Below are positions 37,775 through 46,360 of a stretch of 64,000 nt of DNA, piece by piece. The DNA is from an uncultured Acidimicrobiaceae bacterium (GTDB lineage: Bacteria > Actinomycetota > Acidimicrobiia > Acidimicrobiales > RAAP-2): the NCBI GenBank assembly GCA_964610905.1, contig CAZSYT010000007.1, forward strand, positions 1,465-65,464. Reading direction: 5' to 3'. The translations under genes were made by a program, and so were the position numbers. Under the pieces are notes generated by a model. It did not search any database. It was not told the origin of the DNA and saw only the letters and a program-made list of their open reading frames with translations. Within the stretch, counting starts at the first letter, position 1, and every line of letters begins with the position of its first letter.

Positions 37775-38965
37775 GTGGCCTCCGAGCGGGACACGGGCGG
37801 CGGGTGCCCACACACCGGTTCGTCCGACGGCCGAGCCTCCCCGGCGCCGGTGGCGCCGGGGAGGCTCTCCGCGCCGGCAGCCGGGGCCGCGCCGGCAGCC
37901 GGGGCCGCGCCGGCAGCCGGGGCCGGGGCGGCAGGCGGCGGGGGAACCGGGGGGCTCGCCGCCTGGTGGCGCCGCCACGCCGAGGGGGCCCTCACGTGGT
38001 CGACCGGCGGTGCCGCCGTGCTGCCGGGGATCGCCCTTGCGGCGGTCCTCGTCGCCCTGCTCGTCGAGGCGCTCCCCGCCATCCGGGGCAACGGGCTCGG
38101 CTTCTTCACCCGCTCGGCGTGGGAGCCGGGCAACTTCTACAACCCGCCGCTGACGGTCGGCGGCGTGACCCGGCCGGCCGGAGCCAGCTACGGCGCGTGG
38201 CCCCTGATCGCCGGCACGCTCGAGTCGTCGCTCATCGCCATCGTCGTGGCCGTGCCCGTCGCCTTCGGCACGGCGATGGTGGTCGTCTGGAAGCTCCCCC
38301 GGCGCCTGTCGACGGGGATCGGGCTCTGCCTCGAGGTGCTTGCCGGGATCCCGAGCGTCGTCTTCGGGCTCTGGGCGGCCCTCACCCTCGGGCCCTTCCT
38401 CTCCGCGCACGTCTTCCCCTTCGTCTCGCGCCACACGCCCGACGTGCCGCCGCTGTCGTTCTTCCACGGCCCGGCCGGCTCGGGCGAGGGCCTGGCCACC
38501 TCCGGGCTCGTCCTCGCCGTGATGGTCGTCCCGATCGTGGCCTCCACCAGTCGCGACCTCCTGCGCCAGGTGCCCCGGGGCACCGAGGAGGGAGCCGTCG
38601 CCCTCGGCATGACCGACCTCGAGGTCGCCCGCACCGTGTCCATCCCCTGGGTGCGCACCGGCGTCCTCGGCGCCTGCGTGCTCGGCCTGGCCCGAGCCCT
38701 CGGCGAGACCATGGCCGTCGCCATGGCGAGCGGGGTCGTGCTCGGGACGATCCCCCACGACGCGTACGCGACCTTCGGGACCATCGCCGCCGTGATCGTG
38801 AGCCAGCTCGACTCGGCGCTGACCGACGGGACCGGGTTCGCCGTGCACACGCTGGCCGAGCTCGGCCTGGTGCTCATGGCCATCAGCCTCTTCGTCAACG
38901 TGGTGGCACGTCTGCTCGTCCGGCGCGCCTCGAGCGTGGCCCTGCCCGTGGGGCGGGGGATCTGA
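37775..38965 (+). CDS. pstC: Phosphate ABC transporter permease PstC (start uncertain; the N-terminal Ala/Gly/Pro-rich region contains a tandem repeat)
   Basis: PstC core with the EAA-type loop (REGAVALGMT..E) and six TM segments. In-frame GTG candidates lie at 37775 and 37850. Confidence 0.85.
   Translation: MASERDTGGGCPHTGSSDGRASPAPVAPGRLSAPAAGAAPAAGAAPAAGAGAAGGGGTGGLAAWWRRHAEGALTWSTGGAAVLPGIALAAVLVALLVEALPAIRGNGLGFFTRSAWEPGNFYNPPLTVGGVTRPAGASYGAWPLIAGTLESSLIAIVVAVPVAFGTAMVVVWKLPRRLSTGIGLCLEVLAGIPSVVFGLWAALTLGPFLSAHVFPFVSRHTPDVPPLSFFHGPAGSGEGLATSGLVLAVMVVPIVASTSRDLLRQVPRGTEEGAVALGMTDLEVARTVSIPWVRTGVLGACVLGLARALGETMAVAMASGVVLGTIPHDAYATFGTIAAVIVSQLDSALTDGTGFAVHTLAELGLVLMAISLFVNVVARLLVRRASSVALPVGRGI
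37871..37924 (+). repeat. 3 x 18-bp perfect tandem repeat (AAPAAG x3 in the pstC frame)
   Basis: gcgccggcagccggggcc occurs three times head to tail without a mismatch. Confidence 0.92.
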
Positions 38966-38966
38966 C

Positions 38967-39893
38967 GTGACCACGGTCCCGGTCGACGGAGCTGGCGTGC
39001 CCGTCCGCTCCGGCGCGGCGCGGCACGAGGCCCGCCGCCTGGCCCGCCGTCGGCTCCTCGACCGCCTGTGGTGGTCGCTGTGCGCGCTCGCCCTGGTCGG
39101 CATCGTGGCCCCGGTCGTCTGGGTGCTCGCCGGCGTGGTGGCCAAGGGCGTGAGCGGGTGGCGGTGGAGCGTGCTCACCACCACCACGCAGGGCACGGGC
39201 GGTGGACTTGCCAACGCCCTCGTCGGCACGTTGGTGATCGTGGCCGGTGTGGTGCTCGTCGCCGGCACCGTCGGGGTGGCGGGCGGCATCTACCTCGCCG
39301 AGCTCTGCCGGGAGGGCCGGGGCGGCCTGCTGCGCGGCGCCTCGGAGGTGCTCGCCGGCGTGCCGTCCATCGTGCTCGGCTACGTCGGCTACGTCGCCCT
39401 CGTCGTCCGCTTCCACTGGGGGTTCTCCCTCCTCAGCGCCCTCCTCGTGCTCTCGGTGATGGTCGTGCCCTACGTGGTCAAGACCACCGAGGTCGCGCTC
39501 CGCAGCGTGCCCACCGCCTACCGAGAGGGTTCCGAGGCCCTGGGGATGGCCCGGACCTACGCGTTGCGCCGCGTCGTGCTCCGCCCGGCCGTGCCCGGCA
39601 TCGTGACCGGGCTGATCCTCGCCATGGCCATCGCCATCGGCGAGACGGCGCCGCTCCTCTACACGGCGGGATGGTCGAACGGGTACCCGAGCGCGCACCT
39701 CGTGCACGCCCCCGTCCCCTACCTGACCTACGCGGTGTGGACCTTCTACGACCAGCCCCAGGCGTCGGCGCACCGCCTCTCCGCCGAGGCCGCGCTCCTG
39801 CTCATCGTCGTGGTGGTCGTCCTGATCGGGCTGAGCCGCCTGGTCGTCGCCCGCACCCAGCGCCACACCGAGGGACGCCCGGGCGCACGCTGA
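38967..39893 (+). CDS. pstA: Phosphate ABC transporter permease PstA
   Basis: GTG 1 nt after the pstC stop. PstA-type TM topology and an EAA loop (YREGSEALGM). Confidence 0.88.
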   Translation: MTTVPVDGAGVPVRSGAARHEARRLARRRLLDRLWWSLCALALVGIVAPVVWVLAGVVAKGVSGWRWSVLTTTTQGTGGGLANALVGTLVIVAGVVLVAGTVGVAGGIYLAELCREGRGGLLRGASEVLAGVPSIVLGYVGYVALVVRFHWGFSLLSALLVLSVMVVPYVVKTTEVALRSVPTAYREGSEALGMARTYALRRVVLRPAVPGIVTGLILAMAIAIGETAPLLYTAGWSNGYPSAHLVHAPVPYLTYAVWTFYDQPQASAHRLSAEAALLLIVVVVVLIGLSRLVVARTQRHTEGRPGAR

Positions 39894-39938
39894 CGAACGG
39901 GGAACGGAGAACGGGGACGGAGCTCGGGCCGGGAGGCC

Positions 39939-40859
39939 TCACGACCCCGGACCGGCGTCCGCCCCGTCGGCCGTCGGGCCGCCGGCTCGGCGTGCGGGAG
40001 CCCGGGGCGGCTCGGTGTCGAGGCGGAAGCCGACGCCGCGGACGGTGACGATGAGGCCGGGGCGGGCCGGGTCGACCTCGAGCTTGCTCCGCAGTCGGTG
40101 GACGTGCGTGTCGAGCGTGCGGCTGTCCGCCAGGTCGCGGTCGGGCCAGAGGAGGTCGATGAGCTCGTCACGGGTGCGCACCTGGGAGGGCGGCGACAGG
40201 AGGAGGGCGAGCAGGTCGAACTCGCGGCGCGAGAGGTGCACCGGCTCCCCGTCGACGGTCACCTCGCGCCGGACGAAGTCGACGTGCACCCGCCCGACGG
40301 TGACGGCGCTGCGCTCGGCGGCGAGCGCGCGCCGCGCTTCCTCGGCCGCCCCGGACGGCGTGCGGGCCGCCTCCGATCCCGTCTCCGCGGCCCGCCGGGC
40401 GACGGAGGCGGGATGGTTGGCCACGGCGAGGCGGCGCAGGATGGCGTTGATGCGGGCCACCAGCTCGCGCAGGTGGAACGGCTTGGTCACGTAGTCGGCC
40501 GCACCGAGCTCCAGGCCGAGGACCACGTCGAGCTCGGCGTCGATGGCGCTCACCATCACGATGGGCACCGGGGCGAGCTCGCGCATCCGTCGGCACACCT
40601 CGGTCCCTCGCATGTCCGGCAGGAGCACGTCGAGCAGCACCACGTCGGGCAGCTCGTCGGCGAAGCTGCGGAGCGCCTCGCCGCCGTCGACGGCGGTCCG
40701 GACGGCGAACCCCTCGTGACGCAGACCGACGGTCATCGCCTCGCGGTAGGACTCCTCGTCCTCGACCACCAGGACGGTCGGTCGCGTCGGGTCGTGGTCG
40801 GCCGAGGCCGGCGGGCATCGCTCGAGAGGTGCGGTGGCGAGGTCGGGTGTCGGGTCCAT
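39939..40859 (-). CDS. OmpR/PhoB-family response regulator (canonical receiver, long linker), PhoP/RegX3-like by context; no cognate kinase adjacent
   Basis: The receiver has the acidic pocket (VVEDEE), the phospho-acceptor in VVLLDVLLPD, S in MVSA and K in YVTKPF. The winged-helix output carries LSRREFDLLALL and VRGVGFRL. Confidence 0.87.
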   Translation of the reverse strand: MDPTPDLATAPLERCPPASADHDPTRPTVLVVEDEESYREAMTVGLRHEGFAVRTAVDGGEALRSFADELPDVVLLDVLLPDMRGTEVCRRMRELAPVPIVMVSAIDAELDVVLGLELGAADYVTKPFHLRELVARINAILRRLAVANHPASVARRAAETGSEAARTPSGAAEEARRALAAERSAVTVGRVHVDFVRREVTVDGEPVHLSRREFDLLALLLSPPSQVRTRDELIDLLWPDRDLADSRTLDTHVHRLRSKLEVDPARPGLIVTVRGVGFRLDTEPPRAPARRAGGPTADGADAGPGS

Positions 40860-40920
40860 GACGCCAGGCGAGCCGCCCCGTGCGGCGCCCGGGCCCGGCC
40901 CACCGCGGGATGGTAGGGAG

Positions 40921-40975
40921 CGGTCGTGAACGGCAGGCCAACGTCAGGCGTCCGGCAGGTGATCCTTTCGCGAAC
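40921..40975 (-). promoter_or_regulatory. PHO-box-like 11-nt-periodic array upstream of the OmpR-family regulator
   Basis: The minus strand reads GTTCGCGAAAG GATCACCTGCC GGACGCCTGAC GTTGGCCTGCC GTTCACGACCG. It is followed by TACCAT (TANNNT-type -10, 40910-40915) and the start codon at 40859. Confidence 0.42.
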
Positions 40976-41039
40976 GGTGCGCGACCGGCGCCCGGGTCGG
41001 CCTCCGACCGGCCGTGGACGGCCCCCGGTGCCGCGTCGG

Positions 41040-41408
41040 TCAGACGACGGTGCCGAGCGCCAGCCCGGCGGCGGCGGCGGCGAGGCCGAGGACCACGCTC
41101 GCTCCCACGTCGACGAGGGCGCTCGCGGGGGCGTCCTCGGTGAGGAGCCGGCGGACGTCGTAGGCGAAGGTCGAGAAGGTCGTGTAGGCGCCGATCAGGC
41201 CGGTGCCGAGCACGGTCACCCACCCGCCGGCCAGGTGGTGGTGGATGCCGGCACCCGTCAGGAAGCCGAGCACGGCCGCGCCCGAGGCGTTCACGACCAG
41301 GGTGCCCGTCGGGAAGTCGCTCTCGCTGCGGGCCTGGACGGCGCGGTCGACGAGGTAGCGGAGGACGGCCCCGACGGCCCCGGCGACGGCCACAGCGGCG
41401 AGGAGCAC
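41040..41408 (-). CDS. crcB: Fluoride ion channel CrcB/FluC
   Basis: 122-aa four-TM protein with the CrcB motifs FPTGTLVVN and GAYTTFSTF. Confidence 0.88.
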   Translation of the reverse strand: MLLAAVAVAGAVGAVLRYLVDRAVQARSESDFPTGTLVVNASGAAVLGFLTGAGIHHHLAGGWVTVLGTGLIGAYTTFSTFAYDVRRLLTEDAPASALVDVGASVVLGLAAAAAGLALGTVV

Positions 41409-41409
41409 G

Positions 41410-41760
41410 TCAGCTTCCCGCGTCCGGCCCGCCGAGCCGCACGAGGGTGACCGGCTCGCGTACGACGAGGCCGTTCACCTCGAGGTCGGCCAGCGAGGCC
41501 ACGAACTCGTCGATCCGCTCGGGCGCGTCGACGATCTCGATCTTGACGGGCAGGTCCTCGCTCAGGCTGAGGATCCGGGTGGTGTGGATGTGGTTCCGGG
41601 CGCCGTAGCCCTCGAAGCCGCGCCACGCCGACGCACCGGCCAGGCCGGCGGCGTGGGCCCGGTGCAGGATCTCCGAGTGGAGGGCCTTTTGGTGGTAGCG
41701 GTCCGACTCGCCCACGATGACCGTGAGGCGCTCGGCTGGCTGTCCGACGGGTCCGCTCAC
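41410..41760 (-). CDS. DUF190 (PII-like fold) protein commonly encoded with crcB
   Basis: 116 aa (LTVIVGESDRYHQKALHSEILHRAHAAGLAGASAWRGFEGYG..). The GTG start overlaps the upstream crcB stop as GTGA. The track ORF is over-extended. Confidence 0.72.
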   Translation of the reverse strand: MSGPVGQPAERLTVIVGESDRYHQKALHSEILHRAHAAGLAGASAWRGFEGYGARNHIHTTRILSLSEDLPVKIEIVDAPERIDEFVASLADLEVNGLVVREPVTLVRLGGPDAGS

Positions 41761-42299
41761 CTGTTCGTCCTCTCCGCGGTGCCCAGCGGCTCCGCTGCTC
41801 GATGGACCGGCTGGCCCGCCCCGGGGACGCCGGGGCCGTCGCCCCGCCCGCGGGCCACTCCGATGCGGCCGAGGGCGACCCCGGCGGCGACGGCGACCAG
41901 TCCGGCTGCCAGTGACGCGACCACGTAGCCGGCGGCGAGCCCGACGTGCCCGGACCACGCCCGGCGGTCGGCCTCGACGACGAACGTGGAGAACGTGGTG
42001 AAGCCGCCGCAGAAGCCGACGGCGGCGAAGGGGCGGACGTAGCGGGTCGGCGGCCACCGCTCGAGCACCAGGGTGAGCACGGCGCCGAGGACGAGCGCCC
42101 CCACCACGTTGGCCGTGAAGGTCCCCCAGGGAAACCCGTGCGAGGCCGTGGCGAGCACGCGTTCGGTGGCGTACCGGGCGAGCGTCCCGAGGGCTCCGCC
42201 GCTGCCGATGGCGACGACACGGCGCGTCCCCTCGCCCGTTCGTGCGCGGCCTGGACGCCGGTGCCGCCGCTGGTCGGTGGAGCTGTCGCTCGTGGGCAC
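41757..42299 (-). CDS. crcB: Fluoride ion channel CrcB/FluC (second paralog, with a basic N-terminal extension)
   Basis: CrcB motifs FPWGTFTANV and GFCGGFTTFSTF. The GTG start lies 2 nt after GGGGAGGAC, directly downstream of the riboswitch. Confidence 0.85.
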   Translation of the reverse strand: MPTSDSSTDQRRHRRPGRARTGEGTRRVVAIGSGGALGTLARYATERVLATASHGFPWGTFTANVVGALVLGAVLTLVLERWPPTRYVRPFAAVGFCGGFTTFSTFVVEADRRAWSGHVGLAAGYVVASLAAGLVAVAAGVALGRIGVARGRGDGPGVPGAGQPVHRAAEPLGTAERTNR

Positions 42300-42328
42300 G
42301 GTCCTCCCCGGGGCCGATCGTGTCGTCC

Positions 42329-42384
42329 GGTAGGAGCCATCAGCCGCGCCGACGCGGCGGTTCAGGCGAGCCCCATCGCCCCGG
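42329..42384 (-). promoter_or_regulatory. Fluoride riboswitch (crcB RNA motif)
   Basis: The minus strand reads CCGGGGCGAUGGGGCUCGCCUGAACCGCCGCGUCGGCGCGGCUGAUGGCUCCUACC. This matches the conserved GGCGAUGG-N-UCGCC..AAC-GCC...CUGAUG-N-CUCCUAC pattern and lies immediately 5' of crcB. Confidence 0.85.
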
Positions 42385-42504
42385 CCAGCTTAGGCGACGG
42401 GCGCCGTCCCGAGGCGCCGTCGCGCGGGCCCGGCACCCCGCGCCCGCCCGCCGCGCCGGGCCCGAAGGGGGGGACGGGAGGCAGCAGGGGGCAGGGGCGG
42501 GGCG

Positions 42505-43266
42505 TCAGGGGCGGAACCGGTAGCCGACGCCCCGGACCGTGAGGAGGTGACGGGGATGGGCGGGCTCCGGTTCGAGCTTCTTGCGCAGGCGCTTGACGTG
42601 GGTGTCGAGCGTGCGGCTGTCCGAGTGCCTGCGGGACGGCCACAGCCGCTCCATGCAGGTCGCCCGCGCAACGACGTGGCCCGGGCGTTCCATCAACAGC
42701 GCGAGCAGGTCGAACTCCTTCCGGGAGAGGTCGACCAGCTGCCCGTGGACGGTCACCTCGCGCAGCGCCGGGTCGATGCGGACGGCGCCGGTCGGCACGG
42801 CTCCCGCCGGCGGGGGCAGCGCGGTCGCGGCCTGTCGGCGCAGCGCGGCGCGCACCCGCGCCGTCAGCTCGCGCTGGCGCAGCGGCACCGTCACGAGGTC
42901 GGCCGCACCTGCCTCGAGGGCCAGCACGGCGTCGAGCTCGTCGTCGGCCGGCGCCATGACGATCACCGGCACGCCCGAGCTGGCGGCGAGAGCCCGGAAG
43001 ACGGCCATACCGGACTGGTCGGGCAGCGACGTCGACAGCAGGACGAGCGCCGGAGGGCGCTCGGCCACGACGGCGAGGGCCCGCCCGCCCTCGCCGACCA
43101 CGTCGGCGACGAAGCCCTCGAGCTCGAGGGCGCGAGCGGCGGCCGTGGCCGTCGCCGGGTCGCCGTCGACGACGAGCACGGTCGGCGACCCGCCACCGAC
43201 CGCGACGACCGGGTCGGCCGGCGGCCGGGCCTCGGTCGGGGCGACTTCGCGGAGGGCCAGGCTCAT
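42505..43266 (-). CDS. Atypical OmpR-family regulator with a pseudo-receiver domain (phospho-acceptor Asp, conserved Ser/Thr and Lys all replaced)
   Basis: The winged-helix output domain is canonical (LSRKEFDLLALL, TLDTHVKRLRKKL, VRGVGYRF). The receiver aligns to the neighbouring paralog, with LVLLSTSLPD in place of VVLLDVLLPD and DLVTVPL in place of DYVTKPF. Confidence 0.85.
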   Translation of the reverse strand: MSLALREVAPTEARPPADPVVAVGGGSPTVLVVDGDPATATAAARALELEGFVADVVGEGGRALAVVAERPPALVLLSTSLPDQSGMAVFRALAASSGVPVIVMAPADDELDAVLALEAGAADLVTVPLRQRELTARVRAALRRQAATALPPPAGAVPTGAVRIDPALREVTVHGQLVDLSRKEFDLLALLMERPGHVVARATCMERLWPSRRHSDSRTLDTHVKRLRKKLEPEPAHPRHLLTVRGVGYRFRP

Positions 43267-43693
43267 GGTCGACGCCTGGCGCTCCGCGTGGGTGCTGCGT
43301 GCCGTGAGAGGCTGGAGAGGCCATCCTCCGTGACGGGAGCCGTCGGCGCGGGCCGACGTGCCCGCGGAGCAGGTCGCTCGGCGGACGTTCCCGTGGTGAC
43401 GGCCCCGGTGTCGGCTCGGTCGGCTCCCATCGGGTTCACCGTACGGAGCGGAGGTGAACGAGCCGAAAGGGCTCCGTGACGCACCGGTGAACCGTCGGGA
43501 ATTTCTCCCCACCGGTGCCGGGCATCCGGGCGGGTCACCGACCCCGGGGAGCACGACGTCCGACGCGGCGCCGCGGCCCAGGCGTCCAGGCGGCCCGTCG
43601 CGACGCCCGACCGGCGCTACGGTGCGGAGGCCGGTGGTGGGCAGTGGACACCAGCCCACCGGGCCCGCCCACCGGGCCAGAAGGAGGTCACCC

Positions 43694-45355
43694 GTGCCCG
43701 CACCCGAGGTCCCCTCGCCGACCGACGTGACCGCCACCGAGGAGTGGGCGCGTCTCGCGGTCCACGCGGAGGCCATGCGCCCGCGCCACCTCCGCGAGCT
43801 CTTCGCCGACGAGCCCGGACGCGCCGAGGCCATGACGCTCGAGGCCGGCGACCTCGTCCTCGACTACTCGAAGCACCGGGTGACCGCCGAGACGCTCGGT
43901 CTGCTCGCCGCCGTGGCGCGCCGTGCCGGGCTGGAGGCGCTGCGCGACGCCATGTTCGCCGGGTCGCACGTCAACACGACCGAGGACCGCGCCGTCCTGC
44001 ATGTCGCCCTCCGCCTGCCCCGCGGTGCGACCCTCGAGGTCGACGGGCAGGACGTGCCCGCCGACGTGCACGCGGTGCTGGACCGCATGGGCGAGGCAGC
44101 GCGCCGGATCCGCTCGGGCGAGTGGACCGGCTGCACCGGCCGGCGCATCGCCGCCGTCGTCAACATCGGCATCGGAGGCTCGGACCTGGGCCCGGCCATG
44201 GCCGCCGAGGCGCTGGCCGACTACGCCCAGCCCGGCATGACGACCCGTTTCGTCTCCAACGTCGACCCGGTCGACCTGGTGGCCAAGACGGCCGACCTCG
44301 ACCCGGCGACGACGCTCTTCGTCGTGAGCTCCAAGACGTTCACCACCCTCGAGACCCTCACGAACGCCCGGGCTGCGCGCCAGTGGGTCCTCGACGGCCT
44401 GGGCGTGGGCGACGAGGCGGTGGCGAGCCACTTCGTCGCCGTGTCGACGAACGCCGAGGCGGTCGCCGCCTTCGGCATCGACACGGCGAACATGTTCGGG
44501 TTCTGGGACTGGGTCGGCGGCCGCTACTCGTACGACTCGGCCATCGGCTTCTCGCTGATGGTTGTGATCGGCCCCGAGGCGTTCGCCGACATGCTCGCCG
44601 GCTTCCGCGCCCTCGACGAGCACTTCAGGACCGCCCCGCTCGAGCGCAACCTCCCGGTCGTCCAGGGGCTGCTCAACGTCTGGTACCGCAGCTTCTTCGG
44701 CGTCGACACGCACGCCGTCCTCCCCTACAGCCAGCGGCTCGCCCGGTTCCCCGCCTACCTGCAGCAGCTGACCATGGAGTCGAACGGCAAGTCCGTCCGG
44801 CGCGACGGCACGCCGGTGTCGCTGCCGACGGGCGAGGTCTTCTGGGGCGAGCCCGGCACCAACGGCCAACACGCGTTCTACCAGCTGCTCCACCAGGGGA
44901 CGAGCCTCGTCCCGGCGGACTTCATCGCCTTCGTCCACTCGACCCACGAGCTCGGCGACCAGCACGACCTCCTCGTCGCCAACTGTCTCGCCCAGACCAA
45001 GGCCCTGGCCTTCGGGCGGACGGCCGAGGAGGTGCGGGCCGAGGGTACCCCCGAAGCGCTGGTCCCCCACAAGGTCATGCCGGGCAACCGCCCGTCGACG
45101 ACGGTGCTCGCTCCCCGGCTCACCCCCTCGGTGCTCGGGCAGCTCGTCGCCCTCTACGAGCACACGGTGTTCACGGAGGGCGCGCTATGGGGCGTCGACT
45201 CGTTCGACCAGTGGGGCGTGGAGCTCGGCAAGGCCCTGGCCCGCGACCTCGCACCGGTGCTCGCCGCCGACGCCCCGCCCGCCCTGTCGGGCGAGGACTC
45301 GTCGACGGCCGGGCTGGTCCGCCGCTACCGGGCCGGGCGTGGCCGGGCGGTCTGA
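43694..45355 (+). CDS. pgi: Glucose-6-phosphate isomerase
   Basis: GTG 6 nt after AAGGAGG. PGI signatures include [22 protein letters not shown] and NGQHAFYQL. Confidence 0.93.
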   Translation: MPAPEVPSPTDVTATEEWARLAVHAEAMRPRHLRELFADEPGRAEAMTLEAGDLVLDYSKHRVTAETLGLLAAVARRAGLEALRDAMFAGSHVNTTEDRAVLHVALRLPRGATLEVDGQDVPADVHAVLDRMGEAARRIRSGEWTGCTGRRIAAVVNIGIGGSDLGPAMAAEALADYAQPGMTTRFVSNVDPVDLVAKTADLDPATTLFVVSSKTFTTLETLTNARAARQWVLDGLGVGDEAVASHFVAVSTNAEAVAAFGIDTANMFGFWDWVGGRYSYDSAIGFSLMVVIGPEAFADMLAGFRALDEHFRTAPLERNLPVVQGLLNVWYRSFFGVDTHAVLPYSQRLARFPAYLQQLTMESNGKSVRRDGTPVSLPTGEVFWGEPGTNGQHAFYQLLHQGTSLVPADFIAFVHSTHELGDQHDLLVANCLAQTKALAFGRTAEEVRAEGTPEALVPHKVMPGNRPSTTVLAPRLTPSVLGQLVALYEHTVFTEGALWGVDSFDQWGVELGKALARDLAPVLAADAPPALSGEDSSTAGLVRRYRAGRGRAV

Positions 45356-46302
45356 GCCGGGGACGTCCCTGCCGACGACAGGGCCCGCCACAGGCTCGAG
45401 TAGCTCGGCCAGGTGATGGCGTCGGTGACGTAGCCGGCCCGGACCAGCTCGGCGTGGAAGGCCGGCAGGTTCCGCCACGGGATGCCCATGTCGACGTGGT
45501 GGGCCAGGTGCCACCCCGTGTGGTACGGGACCAGCCACACCCGGGCGAGCAGCGACTGGCGGACGTCGTGGGTCGTCGCCCGCCGGTCGTCGTTGGCCTC
45601 GAGGCCGCCGTGCTCGGCGATCGAGCGCAAGCGGTTGAGGACCCGCCACTGGGTCATCCACGGCAGCCACCACAGGGCCGGGTAGACCCACCACCGTCCC
45701 GTGGCGGCCCACGACCCGCCCCACAGCACGGCCTGGACGCCGAGGATGGACAGGGAGAGGCGCCGGTAGGTGGGCGAGCGGACCCCTCGAAGGAGCAGCC
45801 GGAAGTTCTTCCACCCCGAGATGCCCACGGCGTCGCGGACCAGCCGGCGCAGGAGGGCGCGGCGGTCGGACGGGTAGCCGCTGTAGTAGGCGAGGTCGGG
45901 CTCGTCGGGGCCGAACTCCTCGCGGTGGTGGGCGAAGTGGCCCCGGCGGTAGAGCGAGATCGGGACGAAGGCCGGGTAGGCGACGAGCCACGTGCCCACC
46001 CAGTCGTTGACCGACTTCTTGGTGAAGAGGAGCTTGTGGGCCGCCTCGTGCATCAGGATGGCGAACCGGGCGTGGACGGGTCCCATGGCGACGAACACGG
46101 CCGCGTAGAGCCAGGGGTTCCCCACCCAGACGGCGAGGCCGACCATGCCCACGACGCCCAGCCACAGTCCGGCGACGCTCAGGGCGTTGCGGGCGTCGTC
46201 GATGCGCCGGAGCTCGGCCCGCAGCTCGGGGCGGCACTTCCCGTCGGGGAGCAGCCGCTCGGTCGGCAGCACCTGCGGTCGCGCCGTGACGTCGGGCACC
46301 AT
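45325..46302 (-). CDS. Membrane fatty acid desaturase family protein
   Basis: Three His boxes (HEAAH, HFAHH, HLAHH) and TM segments. The ATG at 46302 was chosen. Its 3' end overlaps pgi by 31 bp. Confidence 0.85.
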   Translation of the reverse strand: MVPDVTARPQVLPTERLLPDGKCRPELRAELRRIDDARNALSVAGLWLGVVGMVGLAVWVGNPWLYAAVFVAMGPVHARFAILMHEAAHKLLFTKKSVNDWVGTWLVAYPAFVPISLYRRGHFAHHREEFGPDEPDLAYYSGYPSDRRALLRRLVRDAVGISGWKNFRLLLRGVRSPTYRRLSLSILGVQAVLWGGSWAATGRWWVYPALWWLPWMTQWRVLNRLRSIAEHGGLEANDDRRATTHDVRQSLLARVWLVPYHTGWHLAHHVDMGIPWRNLPAFHAELVRAGYVTDAITWPSYSSLWRALSSAGTSPAQTARPRPAR

Positions 46303-46360
46303 GGTGTCCACCACCGGACGAGCATTACATTGTGGAGACAGGTGAGTCAAGGGCGTAAGG

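Noticed and set aside
37871-37924. Short tandem repeats (here and at 1494, 13701, 14184, 27117, 57370 and 58251) as CRISPR arrays
   Set aside because: The units are 8-21 bp, directly adjacent without spacers, and present in only 2-3 copies. No cas genes are present.
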